From positions 1-40,799 of the IMG/VR virus record IMGVR_UViG_2698536687_000008: a DNA stretch of 40,799 nucleotides; one strand, given 5' to 3'. Of the stretch, positions 31,756 to 39,937 are shown one piece after another. Position 1 is the first letter of the stretch, and the number at the start of each line of letters is the position of its first letter. Source of the stretch: a virus. Taxonomy: Duplodnaviria; Heunggongvirae; Uroviricota; Caudoviricetes. The notes below the pieces were generated by a model. That model saw nothing but the letters and a program-made list of their open reading frames with translations, made no database searches and was not told the DNA's origin. The position numbers and the translations under genes are program-made.

Positions 31756-32635
31756 CGTGTTCACCCTCACGAACTTTCAGGTAGGTATTGTCGTTAAGCA
31801 GGAAATCAAATCCCTTTTTGTGCCAGACGGTTCCGCGTTGATGGTTTGGACGCTCTTCGAACATCCATCGGCAATTTTCGCCTACGTAGCTCAAATAATT
31901 TCTCCAGTCCTGCATCGTGAACCCATGCCCGTCAAGCTGGCGGGTTATCACTCCGGCTTTGCGCCAGAACGTTCGGATCTGGTTTTTACGCTTGTCATTC
32001 AGTGCGCGGATTCTTGGCGCTTCAGGAAGGATTTCGTGGTAAGCATCGACAACATCCTGACAGCTAACGGAAGGTTTTTTCTTGTCAGACTTTTTGTCTG
32101 CTGTGGCACTCTCTAATACGTCAGTATTAGAGATATTATTTATATTATTGTTTATGGACAACCGTTGGACAACCGTTGGACAATCTCCGCTGAGAGCCGC
32201 TCCATTACTGGTGTTTTCGTTGGACAACCGTTGGACAACCGTTGGACAATTTTTTGCCTGAAAATCGTCATATTTAACGATTGTAAACAGGCTAAATTTC
32301 TTCCCCATCGAGCAAATATTAAGCATACCTTTCGACTCAAAAGTCCGTAATAAGCTCCGAACTTTGTTGTCGGGGATGAATGTTTCTCTGACCAGCGACG
32401 GGCGTCCAGTTATCATCTGACCGCGATCAACAGTTATCGGACCGATATCCGTATTGACGACAGTAGATTCGTGATTAGCCTTGAGGATTAAGTGAAGCCA
32501 AAGATGTACTGCCTGAGAGTCCTTATAGAGCCTGCTGTCCATAAACTGGCGGTGTATAGAGACATACCCCATACTGGATGCCTCCTGATGTTGTACAGGG
32601 TTATGCCTGTAATCAGCTAACTTAACGACGCCCAT
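31745..32635 (-). CDS. Replication initiator protein (lambda O / P22 gp18-like) containing the origin
   Basis: 296 aa; internal iterons translate as repeated CPTVVQRLS; position between cII and helicase. Confidence 0.8.
   Translation of the reverse strand: MGVVKLADYRHNPVQHQEASSMGYVSIHRQFMDSRLYKDSQAVHLWLHLILKANHESTVVNTDIGPITVDRGQMITGRPSLVRETFIPDNKVRSLLRTFESKGMLNICSMGKKFSLFTIVKYDDFQAKNCPTVVQRLSNENTSNGAALSGDCPTVVQRLSINNNINNISNTDVLESATADKKSDKKKPSVSCQDVVDAYHEILPEAPRIRALNDKRKNQIRTFWRKAGVITRQLDGHGFTMQDWRNYLSYVGENCRWMFEERPNHQRGTVWHKKGFDFLLNDNTYLKVREGEHDDR
32163..32254. repeat. Origin iterons: six near-identical copies of TTGGACAACCG in two clusters, with adjacent AT-rich tract (32140-32162)
   Basis: ATGGACAACCGTTGGACAACCGTTGGACAA ... 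CGTTGGACAACCGTTGGACAACCGTTGGACAA, next to ATATTATTTATATTATTGTTTAT. Confidence 0.75.
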
Positions 32636-32789
32636 GTTTCACTCCTGCTTTGGCTAGTCTGTAAACACCAACAAGGCGCTCTGCGAACGCCCTGTTATTT
32701 GCTGCGGCTACCACTAATCCCTCAGGTGAATCAGGGTGTCGAATCTCTTCTTTTTCCTGGTATTTCTTACGACGTTTTGTCATAATTAC

Positions 32790-32859
32790 TCCTGTGGATT
32801 GATCCAGTCTTTCTACATCAGGCCTCGAAGAATTCGCCGTTCTTCGGGGCTTTTTCTTT
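32790..32859 (+). ncRNA. OOP-like antisense RNA overlapping the 3' end of cII
   Basis: Plus-strand intrinsic terminator (stem CCTCGAAGAA/TTCTTCGGGG then CTTTTTCTTTT) antisense to the last cII codons, as for lambda OOP; -10-like CATAAT at 32780-32785; 5' end approximate. Confidence 0.4.
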
Positions 32860-33096
32860 TGTCAGCATTCTGGCTACTTTCTTAGCCAGTTCCGCCAACT
32901 CCTCGTCTTCAACACCCCATTCAAGAACAGCCAGAAGCATTCCCATTTTTGGGATGAAGCTATCTTTCCATCGAGAAATTTGCGATTCATTAATCCCTAA
33001 CGCGTCGGCAACCTTTCGCTGACCACGTACAGCAATTCGATTCAGGATGTTGCTTGTAATTGCATTCGCTTTCTTGCGAGTACTTGTAAGTTCCAT
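32818..33096 (-). CDS. cII: Transcriptional activator CII (P22 C1-like)
   Basis: From ATG 33096: MELTSTRKKANAITSNILNRIAVRGQRKVADALGINESQISRWK...MLLAVLEWGV; strong similarity to lambda CII / P22 C1. Confidence 0.85.
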   Translation of the reverse strand: MELTSTRKKANAITSNILNRIAVRGQRKVADALGINESQISRWKDSFIPKMGMLLAVLEWGVEDEELAELAKKVARMLTKEKAPKNGEFFEA

Positions 33097-33127
33097 ATGT
33101 AAGTATTTCCTTAACAAATAAGAAGTT

Positions 33128-33147
33128 ATGCGCATCAACTTATGCGC
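33128..33147 (-). terminator. tR1-like hairpin between cro and cII
   Basis: Minus strand GCGCAT-AAGTTG-ATGCGC hairpin followed by a U-rich stretch, in the position of lambda tR1. Confidence 0.4.
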
Positions 33148-33155
33148 GTTGTATT

Positions 33156-33198
33156 CCCGCATTTCGGCGGGAATGAGGACCATGACTGTTAAAGAGCG
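33156..33198 (-). promoter_or_regulatory. nutR (boxA CGCTCTTTAACA plus boxB CCCGCCGAAATGCGGG)
   Basis: Minus strand boxA matches the rrn/lambda boxA consensus, followed by a boxB hairpin; identical elements recur as nutL. Confidence 0.65.
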
Positions 33199-33204
33199 GT
33201 GTTA

Positions 33205-33399
33205 CTATTTGTTTTTCTTGTTGCTTGGGAAAGGACGAACTTCCTCTCCAATCACACTGCCATCAGGCTTTACCGTAACCATGATGTTACGGCCTGCCAG
33301 AATGGCCTTGCTGATAGCGCACTGGATTACACCAAAGTCACTGGCTGCTTTAGCCTGTCCATGGATTTTGGCGTAATCGGCAAGTGTCATTCGAATCAT
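33205..33399 (-). CDS. cro: Cro repressor
   Basis: From ATG 33399: [62 protein letters not shown]; lambda Cro-like; the track start at 33405 is GTG. Confidence 0.8.
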   Translation of the reverse strand: MIRMTLADYAKIHGQAKAASDFGVIQCAISKAILAGRNIMVTVKPDGSVIGEEVRPFPSNKKNK

Positions 33400-33430
33400 A
33401 TGCACTCTCCGTTATTAACCATGAACAAAG

Positions 33431-33470
33431 AATACTACAGGTATTCAAAGCAATCAATACTCAGGGTATT
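33431..33470. promoter_or_regulatory. OR operator region with divergent pR/pRM: two 15-bp palindromes AATACnnnnnGTATT
   Basis: AATACTACAGGTATT (33431-33445) and AATACTCAGGGTATT (33456-33470), 25 bp centre to centre, between cro and cI. Confidence 0.55.
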
Positions 33471-33505
33471 TTTAGTTTAAGTACCTTAGCTATTAGAATT
33501 AAGCT

Positions 33506-34222
33506 ATGGAAAATAAAAAATCACTGACGACAGAACAGCTGGAAGACGCTAAGCGGCTTAAGGCTTTGTATGAGTCAAAAAAGAAAGAATTGGGGATAAC
33601 CCAATACTCAATCGCTGATGAACTGGGTATCACCCAAGGAGCGGTAGGCCATTATCTTAATGGCAGAAATGCGCTAAACGTTGAGGTTGCATCTGGTTTT
33701 GCACGATTGTTGCAAGTCTCAATTGCTGATTTTAGCCAGTCAATTGCTGCCAAGGTTGCAGAACAGGCAGAAAGCCTTAAGAGCGATGCCAACGTAAGGT
33801 ATGCAGGGGAATACAGAGCAGGAAAGAGGTATCCGGTGTTAAGCAGTATCCAGGCTGGCTCGTGGTGTGAAGCATGCGAACCATACACCATTAAAGACAT
33901 AGATGTTTGGCTTGAGTCTGACGCGCATATTCAAGGTAATGCGTTTTGGCTTAAAGTGGAAGGTGATTCAATGACGGCACCGGTTGGGTTAAGCATTCCA
34001 GAGGGAACATTCGTTCTTTTCGATACCGGAAGGGAGGCGATCAACGGCAGCTTGGTCATAGCAAAACTTTCTGACTCTAACGAAGCAACATTCAAGAAGC
34101 TGATAATCGACGGCGGAAATAAATACCTCAAGGGACTTAACCCTGCATGGCCTCTCGTGCCAATCAATGGAAACTGCAAGATTATAGGCGTTGCAATTGA
34201 GACAAAACTAAGGCTGGTTTGA
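33506..34222 (+). CDS. cI: CI repressor (HTH plus S24 LexA-like autopeptidase domain)
   Basis: 238 aa; N-terminal HTH (QYSIADELGITQGAVGHYLNG) and C-terminal GDSM serine motif; divergent from cro. Confidence 0.9.
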   Translation: MENKKSLTTEQLEDAKRLKALYESKKKELGITQYSIADELGITQGAVGHYLNGRNALNVEVASGFARLLQVSIADFSQSIAAKVAEQAESLKSDANVRYAGEYRAGKRYPVLSSIQAGSWCEACEPYTIKDIDVWLESDAHIQGNAFWLKVEGDSMTAPVGLSIPEGTFVLFDTGREAINGSLVIAKLSDSNEATFKKLIIDGGNKYLKGLNPAWPLVPINGNCKIIGVAIETKLRLV

Positions 34223-34239
34223 TCACGCAAGGGGCGCTT

Positions 34240-34608
34240 ATGGTTGGAACCGCTATAGCAAGCTTTTTTGGGATGTTGGCAATCTCGACAATTTACGGCT
34301 TAGCGCATGCTTTTATTGCGAAATCTCTATCAGAAAAAATAAGCCAGGCTTGGGCGCATAGATCAGCTCGTTTCATGATTCTGGTGATCATAGCAATACA
34401 AGGGATATCTGCATTTATCCTCTATGGATCAAGCTTATACCTATTGTATCAAGGCGCGACATTTACGCCTTACACCAGTGATTACGGAACTCTATACGAT
34501 GGTAGTGAAGACATCTCTATGGCTTGGATTGTCTTTGGTTTATCTATGGCCGTGTCTGTTGTAGCAGACATCATTAAGGTAATTCTCGTCTTAACCTTCG
34601 CTGACTAA
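34240..34608 (+). CDS. Small polytopic membrane protein downstream of cI (rex-position moron; candidate exclusion function)
   Basis: ATG 34240 with RBS AAGGGG; about three predicted TM helices; no resemblance to RexB noted. Confidence 0.6.
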   Translation: MVGTAIASFFGMLAISTIYGLAHAFIAKSLSEKISQAWAHRSARFMILVIIAIQGISAFILYGSSLYLLYQGATFTPYTSDYGTLYDGSEDISMAWIVFGLSMAVSVVADIIKVILVLTFAD

Positions 34609-34739
34609 CCCATAATCCCGGCAGCAATAGCTATCGGGATCCACTTCACATATCCCGCATAAAAAGCACTGAACAAGCAGACACCGAAAAAATAAATATC
34701 CTTTGTATTCATTTGCTTATCATTATTTCACCAAAAATA

Positions 34740-34781
34740 AATACCTTGGGTATTTACACAATAAAATACCTACAGTATTCT
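34740..34781 (+). promoter_or_regulatory. OL operators and pL promoter
   Basis: AATACCTTGGGTATT (34740-34754) and AATACCTACAGTATT (34765-34779), same half-sites as OR; -35 TTTACA 34753-34758 and -10 TATTCT 34776-34781, 17-bp spacer. Confidence 0.5.
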
Positions 34782-34826
34782 TTAGCCATCAGCAGGACGC
34801 TGGAAGCCAAACGGAACAGATTGGCA

Positions 34827-34867
34827 GGCTCTTTAACATTGATGGGATTGTCCCGCCGAAATGCGGG
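34827..34867 (+). promoter_or_regulatory. nutL (boxA GGCTCTTTAACA plus boxB CCCGCCGAAATGCGGG)
   Basis: Same boxA/boxB pair as nutR, downstream of pL and upstream of N. Confidence 0.65.
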
Positions 34868-35039
34868 AACCAAAGAGTAGTTGGCTTTGGGGTGTGGTGA
34901 AGGGTTCATGGACGGGAATATGTCGCACGTAAAGCGGCGAGGCCTGCGGGACCATTGCCGAATTGAAGTCGGACGAAGCGGGTCGAAATGGGTCTCCCAC
35001 CTACCACACCACCAAAGCTAATCATCTGAGGAACAGAAA

Positions 35040-35159
35040 ATGTTAGACATCATGACCAACCCAATTCTCGGTGGTTTAGTTACCACATTCGCCATCTGCT
35101 TCGGTTTCACTATCTGGTCTGAAGTAGATGACTGGATGTGGGAACGCAAAAACAAATAA
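35040..35159 (+). CDS. Hypothetical 39-aa single-TM peptide between nutL and N
   Basis: RBS GAGGAACAGAAA then ATG; MLDIMTNPILGGLVTTFAICFGFTIWSEVDDWMWERKNK. Confidence 0.35.
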   Translation: MLDIMTNPILGGLVTTFAICFGFTIWSEVDDWMWERKNK

Positions 35160-35199
35160 TCATCGACACACAAGGATGTGTACCTTCCCGGAGGTCAAC

Positions 35200-35499
35200 A
35201 TGACAGTAGTCATTACATATCTGGCTGACGATAACGCCAGAAATCGCCGCAGAGCACGCAGACAGGCTCAACGTGAGCAGGCAATGCAAGAGCAGCGACT
35301 GGCGCGAAAAATTGCGCTAAAGCTCTCTGGTTGCGTCAGAGCAGACAAAGCAGCATCACTAGGAAGCCTTCGCTGCAAGAAGGCAGAAGAAGTCGAGCGT
35401 AAACAGAACCGTATTTACTACAGCAAGCCACGCAGTGAAATGGGTGTGACTTGTGTTGGTCGCCAGAAAATGAAATTAGGCAGCAAACCACTTATTTGA
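35200..35499 (+). CDS. N: Antitermination protein N
   Basis: ATG 35200 after GGAGG; arginine-rich motif NARNRRRARRQAQREQ; C-terminus ERKQNRIYYSKP...CVGRQKMKLGSKPLI parallels lambda N. Confidence 0.8.
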   Translation: MTVVITYLADDNARNRRRARRQAQREQAMQEQRLARKIALKLSGCVRADKAASLGSLRCKKAEEVERKQNRIYYSKPRSEMGVTCVGRQKMKLGSKPLI

Positions 35500-35577
35500 G
35501 GTGATATATGGAAGAAGAATTTGAAGAGTTCGAAGAGCATCCTCAGGATGTGATGGAACAATACCAGGACTATCCGT

Positions 35578-35778
35578 ATGACTACGACTATTGATACAAA
35601 TCAATGGTGTGGACAATTCAAGCGATGCAATGGATGCAAGCTGCAATCGGAATGCATGGTTAAGCCTGAAGAAATGTTTCCTGTAATGGAAGATGGGAAA
35701 TATGTCGATAAATGGGCAATACGAACGACGGCAATGATTGCCAGAGAACTTGGTAAACAGAACAACAAGGCTGCCTAA
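35578..35778 (+). CDS. ral: Restriction alleviation protein Ral
   Basis: 66 aa, MTTTIDTNQWCGQFKRCNGCKLQSEC..., near-identical to lambda Ral from memory. Confidence 0.8.
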   Translation: MTTTIDTNQWCGQFKRCNGCKLQSECMVKPEEMFPVMEDGKYVDKWAIRTTAMIARELGKQNNKAA

Positions 35779-36004
35779 TGGTGGCCTTTATTTTTGGCAT
35801 AAACAACAGAATAAACACTGCACTGTGTATTCATTCCAACGAGTGAATACACGGAGCAATGTCGCTCGTAACTAAACAGGAGCCGACTTGTTCTGATTAT
35901 TGGAAATCTTCTTTGCCCTCCAGTGTGAGGGCCTTTTTATATGCATACCAATAACGCTTCACTCGAGGCGTTTTCGTTATGCAATCAAATATAAGGAGTT
36001 ACCC

Positions 36005-36139
36005 ATGATGCACTTTCAGCTCGCGGGTAGCGGCGTCATGTCCGCTTTCTACCCGCACGAATCTGAATTATCACGCCGAGTTAAACAATTAATCAGAGCA
36101 GCAAAGAAACAACTGGAGGCGTTATGCGCAATGAAATAG
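36005..36139 (+). CDS. cIII: CIII-like FtsH inhibitor
   Basis: 44 aa from ATG 36005 (RBS AAGGAG); HFQLAGSGVMSAFYPHESELSRRVKQLIR parallels the lambda CIII central helix. Confidence 0.55.
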   Translation: MMHFQLAGSGVMSAFYPHESELSRRVKQLIRAAKKQLEALCAMK

Positions 36140-36276
36140 CCATTAATCACCAGATGCTTCGTGCTGCACAGAACAAAGCAGTAATAGCCCGATTTATTGG
36201 TGATTCCAAAATGTGGCTTGAAGCAAATAAAGCGATGAAATCAGCTATCAACCTTCCGTGGTATCGCAGGAAATGA
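36124..36276 (+). CDS. Kil-like small protein
   Basis: 50 aa, RBS GGAGG; VIARFIGDSKMWLEANKAM resembles the lambda Kil core; start overlaps the cIII-like 3' end. Confidence 0.4.
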   Translation: MRNEIAINHQMLRAAQNKAVIARFIGDSKMWLEANKAMKSAINLPWYRRK

Positions 36277-36357
36277 GTTTTACAGATAACTGGTCAGACG
36301 AAGAATTCATTCGTCAGATGAACAAAATGCTCAATCAGCACAAAGAACAGGAGAAAG

Positions 36358-36669
36358 ATGATGATTCTGACTCTGAATGATAAGCGTGAAATATCGCAAA
36401 TAATCGCAAGTTTTACTGATGAAGATTACGAACGAATCAACAGTGAAGTTGATCGCCTCTGCAAACGTTGCGACCCAATAAGCGAAATGCTTCGCTCATA
36501 TAAACCAGATGAACACACTAAGGACGCTATCGACTGGCTGGAAGATGATGACTGTAACTATCAGGAAAAAGCCGCTGAATGGTTCTGGGATGCAATAACC
36601 GAAAGAGTTAAGGCTGAATATGCCTTCGCAATATTCAAACGCAGACACATTTATGGAGAAGCAGCATGA
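36358..36669 (+). CDS. Hypothetical acidic protein at the gam position (candidate nuclease inhibitor)
   Basis: 103 aa, highly acidic, immediately upstream of recT; no family recognised. Confidence 0.55.
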   Translation: MMILTLNDKREISQIIASFTDEDYERINSEVDRLCKRCDPISEMLRSYKPDEHTKDAIDWLEDDDCNYQEKAAEWFWDAITERVKAEYAFAIFKRRHIYGEAA

Positions 36670-37577
36670 GCAATATCGTTGAATTCGTTAAACAGCAGGA
36701 GCAGTTATTCTGCGGAGCATTGACTGAACAGACGGTGACATGGGCTAAGGAAAGCCAGTTTGCAATTCAGTATTTCCAGAAAAATGATTACCTGGCTAAA
36801 ACGGCACTGGCAAATCCAACCAGCGCACAGAACGCTATCATCAATGTTGCGGCGATCGGCATCACCTTAAACCCGGCCAGCAAACTGGCTTATCTGGTTC
36901 CTCGCGACGGCATGGTTTGCCTTGATATCAGCTATATGGGATTGCTCCATATTGCAATGGAGTCTGGTGTTATCTCATGGGGTCAGGCAAAACTTGTTCA
37001 TGCTAACGATACCTATGAGTCAAACGGGCTTGATAAAGCACCAACCCATAAATACAACGCCTTCGGTGATCGTGGTGATATCGTTGGCGTTTACTGCACA
37101 GTTAAGACGCCAGCAGGTGATTATCTAACGGAAGAGATGAGTCTGGCTGAAATTGAGGCTGTAAGGAAAACAAGCAAGGCAGCATTCAGCGATAAAGGAC
37201 CATGGGTAAATCACTGGAATGAGATGGCGCGAAAGACGGTCGTAAAGCGTGCAAGCAAGTATTGGCCTAAGGCATCACGTCTTGATAGTGCTATTCACGT
37301 ACTAAACGAAGAAGAAGGTGTGTGGACTGAACCAGTTATGCCGCACAAATCAGAGGAAGATATCCGCGAAGATGAACGGAAACGCCAGCAGGAAATAACG
37401 GATAAAGCACAACTTCTTTGTGATGAAATGGCTCAGGCTGAAAACATGGATGATTTGAAGCGATATTTTGCAGAAGCATATCGCCTGACATCTGGAATGA
37501 AATTGCAGCAGAACGTACAAGCCATTTACATAGAATGCAAAGCGAAACTGGAGGTTGCCAGTGAGCAAACTGTATGA
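36666..37577 (+). CDS. recT: RecT-family single-strand annealing recombinase
   Basis: 303 aa with RecT-like core (…LAYLVPRDGMVCLDISYMGLLHIAMESG… GPWVNHWNEMARKTVVKR…). Confidence 0.85.
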   Translation: MSNIVEFVKQQEQLFCGALTEQTVTWAKESQFAIQYFQKNDYLAKTALANPTSAQNAIINVAAIGITLNPASKLAYLVPRDGMVCLDISYMGLLHIAMESGVISWGQAKLVHANDTYESNGLDKAPTHKYNAFGDRGDIVGVYCTVKTPAGDYLTEEMSLAEIEAVRKTSKAAFSDKGPWVNHWNEMARKTVVKRASKYWPKASRLDSAIHVLNEEEGVWTEPVMPHKSEEDIREDERKRQQEITDKAQLLCDEMAQAENMDDLKRYFAEAYRLTSGMKLQQNVQAIYIECKAKLEVASEQTV

Positions 37578-38043
37578 AATAGCCAATGAATACGCAAAGC
37601 TGATGGATTCAGATTTAGAGCCAGAGATGATTGCTGACACAATAGAAGGCATGGAAGGAGAATTTACCGATAAAATAGAGCAACTTCTTTCCGTCATTAA
37701 AAATGAATCTGGTTATGCTGAACGCCTCAAGGAAGAGGCAAAGTCGCTGAATGAGCGAGCCGCAGTAATTCAAAATAAGATTGACAGCATCAAATCATAT
37801 ATAGCGTCATCGCTTGAAATGGTTGGCAAGAAAAAGATTCGAGCAGGTATTCACCAGGTAACAATCCGCAAACCGTCAGAAATTGTAGAAATCATCGACT
37901 CAAGCGCCCTTCCTCCTGAATACGTTGAGTTTGAAACGACAATTAAAGCCGACAAACTGGCAATCAAACACCAACTAAAAGCAGGAATAAATATCCCCGG
38001 CGCTCAACTCAAAGTTGGGAAACCTTCACTTCTTATCAAATAA
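37561..38043 (+). CDS. Gp157-family protein (RecT-associated)
   Basis: GTG start 6 nt after GGAGG; MSKLYEIANEYAKLMD...; typically encoded beside recT. Confidence 0.6.
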   Translation: MSKLYEIANEYAKLMDSDLEPEMIADTIEGMEGEFTDKIEQLLSVIKNESGYAERLKEEAKSLNERAAVIQNKIDSIKSYIASSLEMVGKKKIRAGIHQVTIRKPSEIVEIIDSSALPPEYVEFETTIKADKLAIKHQLKAGINIPGAQLKVGKPSLLIK

Positions 38044-38054
38044 CGGTATCGACT

Positions 38055-38369
38055 ATGAAAAAGACTCCATGGGAGAAATGGGAAGTCGATTTCTTGCGCG
38101 AAGTGGCGGCGACAATGCCAGTTGAAGTTATCGCTGAAAAACTGGAAAGGACTGAAAAAGCAGTAATGGCGAAAGCAACAAGGATTGGAGCTGACATTGT
38201 TAGCCGACTTCGTGGAAGACGCTGGACAAGAGCCGAAGTATCACTTTTCGGTAAGTTCTCCGCAGAAGAAATAGCAATTGCAACCTGCCGCTCAATTTAT
38301 TCAGTAAGAGCTATGCGATACAAGCTAAAAAAACTCGATGAAGAAAGAGCAGGCATACGAATAAATTAA
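38055..38369 (+). CDS. Hypothetical protein (104 aa)
   Basis: Intact ORF in the pL operon; no family recognised. Confidence 0.55.
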   Translation: MKKTPWEKWEVDFLREVAATMPVEVIAEKLERTEKAVMAKATRIGADIVSRLRGRRWTRAEVSLFGKFSAEEIAIATCRSIYSVRAMRYKLKKLDEERAGIRIN

Positions 38370-38385
38370 CAAAGAGGAATTTACC

Positions 38386-38553
38386 ATGAGAGGACTTGCA
38401 TACAATCCCGGCATTCTTCCGGCAGAAATGATTATTCGCCAACGCGTAAAGCCAATGCCATCGAGAGAGGAATTGCTTAAGAGAAATTCTTTTCCATCAG
38501 TGAATAAAAACAAATATCTGAATGCGATGTTGCGCAAAGGAGGCAACCAGTGA
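38386..38553 (+). CDS. Hypothetical small protein (55 aa)
   Basis: ATG preceded by AAGAGGAA; stop overlaps the next start; not in ORF track. Confidence 0.35.
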   Translation: MRGLAYNPGILPAEMIIRQRVKPMPSREELLKRNSFPSVNKNKYLNAMLRKGGNQ

Positions 38554-38804
38554 GTAATTCAGCACGACTACAGCTTGGTTTTTCACCGCTATCAAAAACT
38601 ATCATGCTGGCAAAAATGCGCGATGTTGAAGGTGGACGTATGCGCGTTGGCAATGATCCAGGTCGTGATGTTACCAATGAGGCTGCTCAATTGGTGTGGC
38701 GACTGGTCATGGCTGAAGGTGGTGAGATCGCGTGGGAGCTGGAAGATGGTTCTCGCATGGTGTTGAAGGCAGAAAAGCAGGAGGCAACCAGTGAGCGAAA
38801 TTAA
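38550..38804 (+). CDS. Hypothetical protein (84 aa, GTG start)
   Basis: AGGAGG RBS followed by GTG; translationally coupled to flanking ORFs. Confidence 0.45.
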   Translation: MSNSARLQLGFSPLSKTIMLAKMRDVEGGRMRVGNDPGRDVTNEAAQLVWRLVMAEGGEIAWELEDGSRMVLKAEKQEATSERN

Positions 38805-39192
38805 TTACCAGGCACTGCGTGAGGCGGCAGAAGCAATAAAAATAGCAGCCACACCACAAAAATTGCTGGCATTTCGTATGAAGGTCACACCTCAGGTTGT
38901 GCTGGCACTGCTGGATGAACGGGAAAGAAACCAGCAATACATCAAACGCCGCGACCAGGAGAACAAGGATATTGCGCTAACGGTAGGGAAGCTGCGTGTT
39001 GAACTGGAAGCAGCAGAGAAGCGAATTTCTGAGCTGGAGGCGCGGGAGGTTGTGCTGCCGAGTACGCAAGATGTTCACCCATTAGGGCCGCAGTCGGCGA
39101 AAATTTTTTGTGAGTTTCACAGAAATATTATCAACAGATGCGCCGATGAGATTCGCAAAGCTGGCGTTAATGTCAGCATCAAGGGGGAGTAG
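38791..39192 (+). CDS. Ead/Ea22-like early protein
   Basis: 133 aa beginning [16 protein letters not shown]..., N-terminal pattern common to Ea22-like proteins of lambdoid pL operons. Confidence 0.5.
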   Translation: MSEINYQALREAAEAIKIAATPQKLLAFRMKVTPQVVLALLDERERNQQYIKRRDQENKDIALTVGKLRVELEAAEKRISELEAREVVLPSTQDVHPLGPQSAKIFCEFHRNIINRCADEIRKAGVNVSIKGE

Positions 39193-39196
39193 GGAT

Positions 39197-39937
39197 ATGG
39201 CTGAACTAACCAAAGAATGGCTGAAGCAAACTATCGCTGAATACGAAGCCAATCGTGATGAATTACCGTTTGGACTGGATATCAACAGTGCCATTGAGCT
39301 TCAGGCGTTCAAGTTGGCGCTGGCATCGCTGGAAGCAGAACCAATAGGTGCATTCCACATTGCTGAACAGCAAGTTGACGGCACAAGTGACTATCTCAAG
39401 GATGGAGAATGGCCTATTGATAATGGGATTATTGAGGTTTACGCCGCTCCGCCAGTACCGGTAGTACCTGCTGCATTACCTGAGAACGACGATGAGGACG
39501 GGCATGACATTGATTATCTTGAGCCATCTGAAGTTTACGCGCTTGGGCGAACAGCTGGCTGGAACGCCTGCCGCGCCGCCATGCTTCAGGGTAAATCCGA
39601 ACAACCACAAAACGCACAACAAAATATTCCGGAAAATATTCCCGGTGGCAACTCTCCGGTAACTCCGGATGGTTGGATAAGCTGTAGTGAGCGAATGCCT
39701 GTAATTGGCGAGCTAAATTGGAGAACTAGTTTTCCTTTACTGGTTACGTGTGAGATCGGCGTTATACCTGCTTATTACGGCTTTGTGAGCGTTAATGGTG
39801 ATAGGCATTATGGCTTTATGGAGAGTCTTAAATACGGAGACGATAACGGCAACCATCCTCAAACTAATGAATATGGTCTGATTAGCAATGTCACACACTG
39901 GATGCCGCTACCAGAACCGCCGCAGGAGGTGAAGTGA
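39197..39937 (+). CDS. Ead/Ea22-like protein with C-terminal DUF551-like domain
   Basis: ATG 39197 after GGGGAGTAGGG; C-terminal GWISCSERMPVIGE...HWMPLPEPP resembles DUF551. Confidence 0.55.
   Translation: MAELTKEWLKQTIAEYEANRDELPFGLDINSAIELQAFKLALASLEAEPIGAFHIAEQQVDGTSDYLKDGEWPIDNGIIEVYAAPPVPVVPAALPENDDEDGHDIDYLEPSEVYALGRTAGWNACRAAMLQGKSEQPQNAQQNIPENIPGGNSPVTPDGWISCSERMPVIGELNWRTSFPLLVTCEIGVIPAYYGFVSVNGDRHYGFMESLKYGDDNGNHPQTNEYGLISNVTHWMPLPEPPQEVK

Noticed and set aside
32714-32782. 22-aa basic ORF (MTKRRKKSRKKKRFDTLIHLRD) on the minus strand between cII and O
   Set aside because: Very short and low complexity; the interval is better explained by the antisense OOP-like RNA and the O promoter region.
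34703-34900. 65-aa plus-strand ORF
   Set aside because: Starts inside the OL operators/pL promoter and runs through nutL; regulatory DNA rather than coding.
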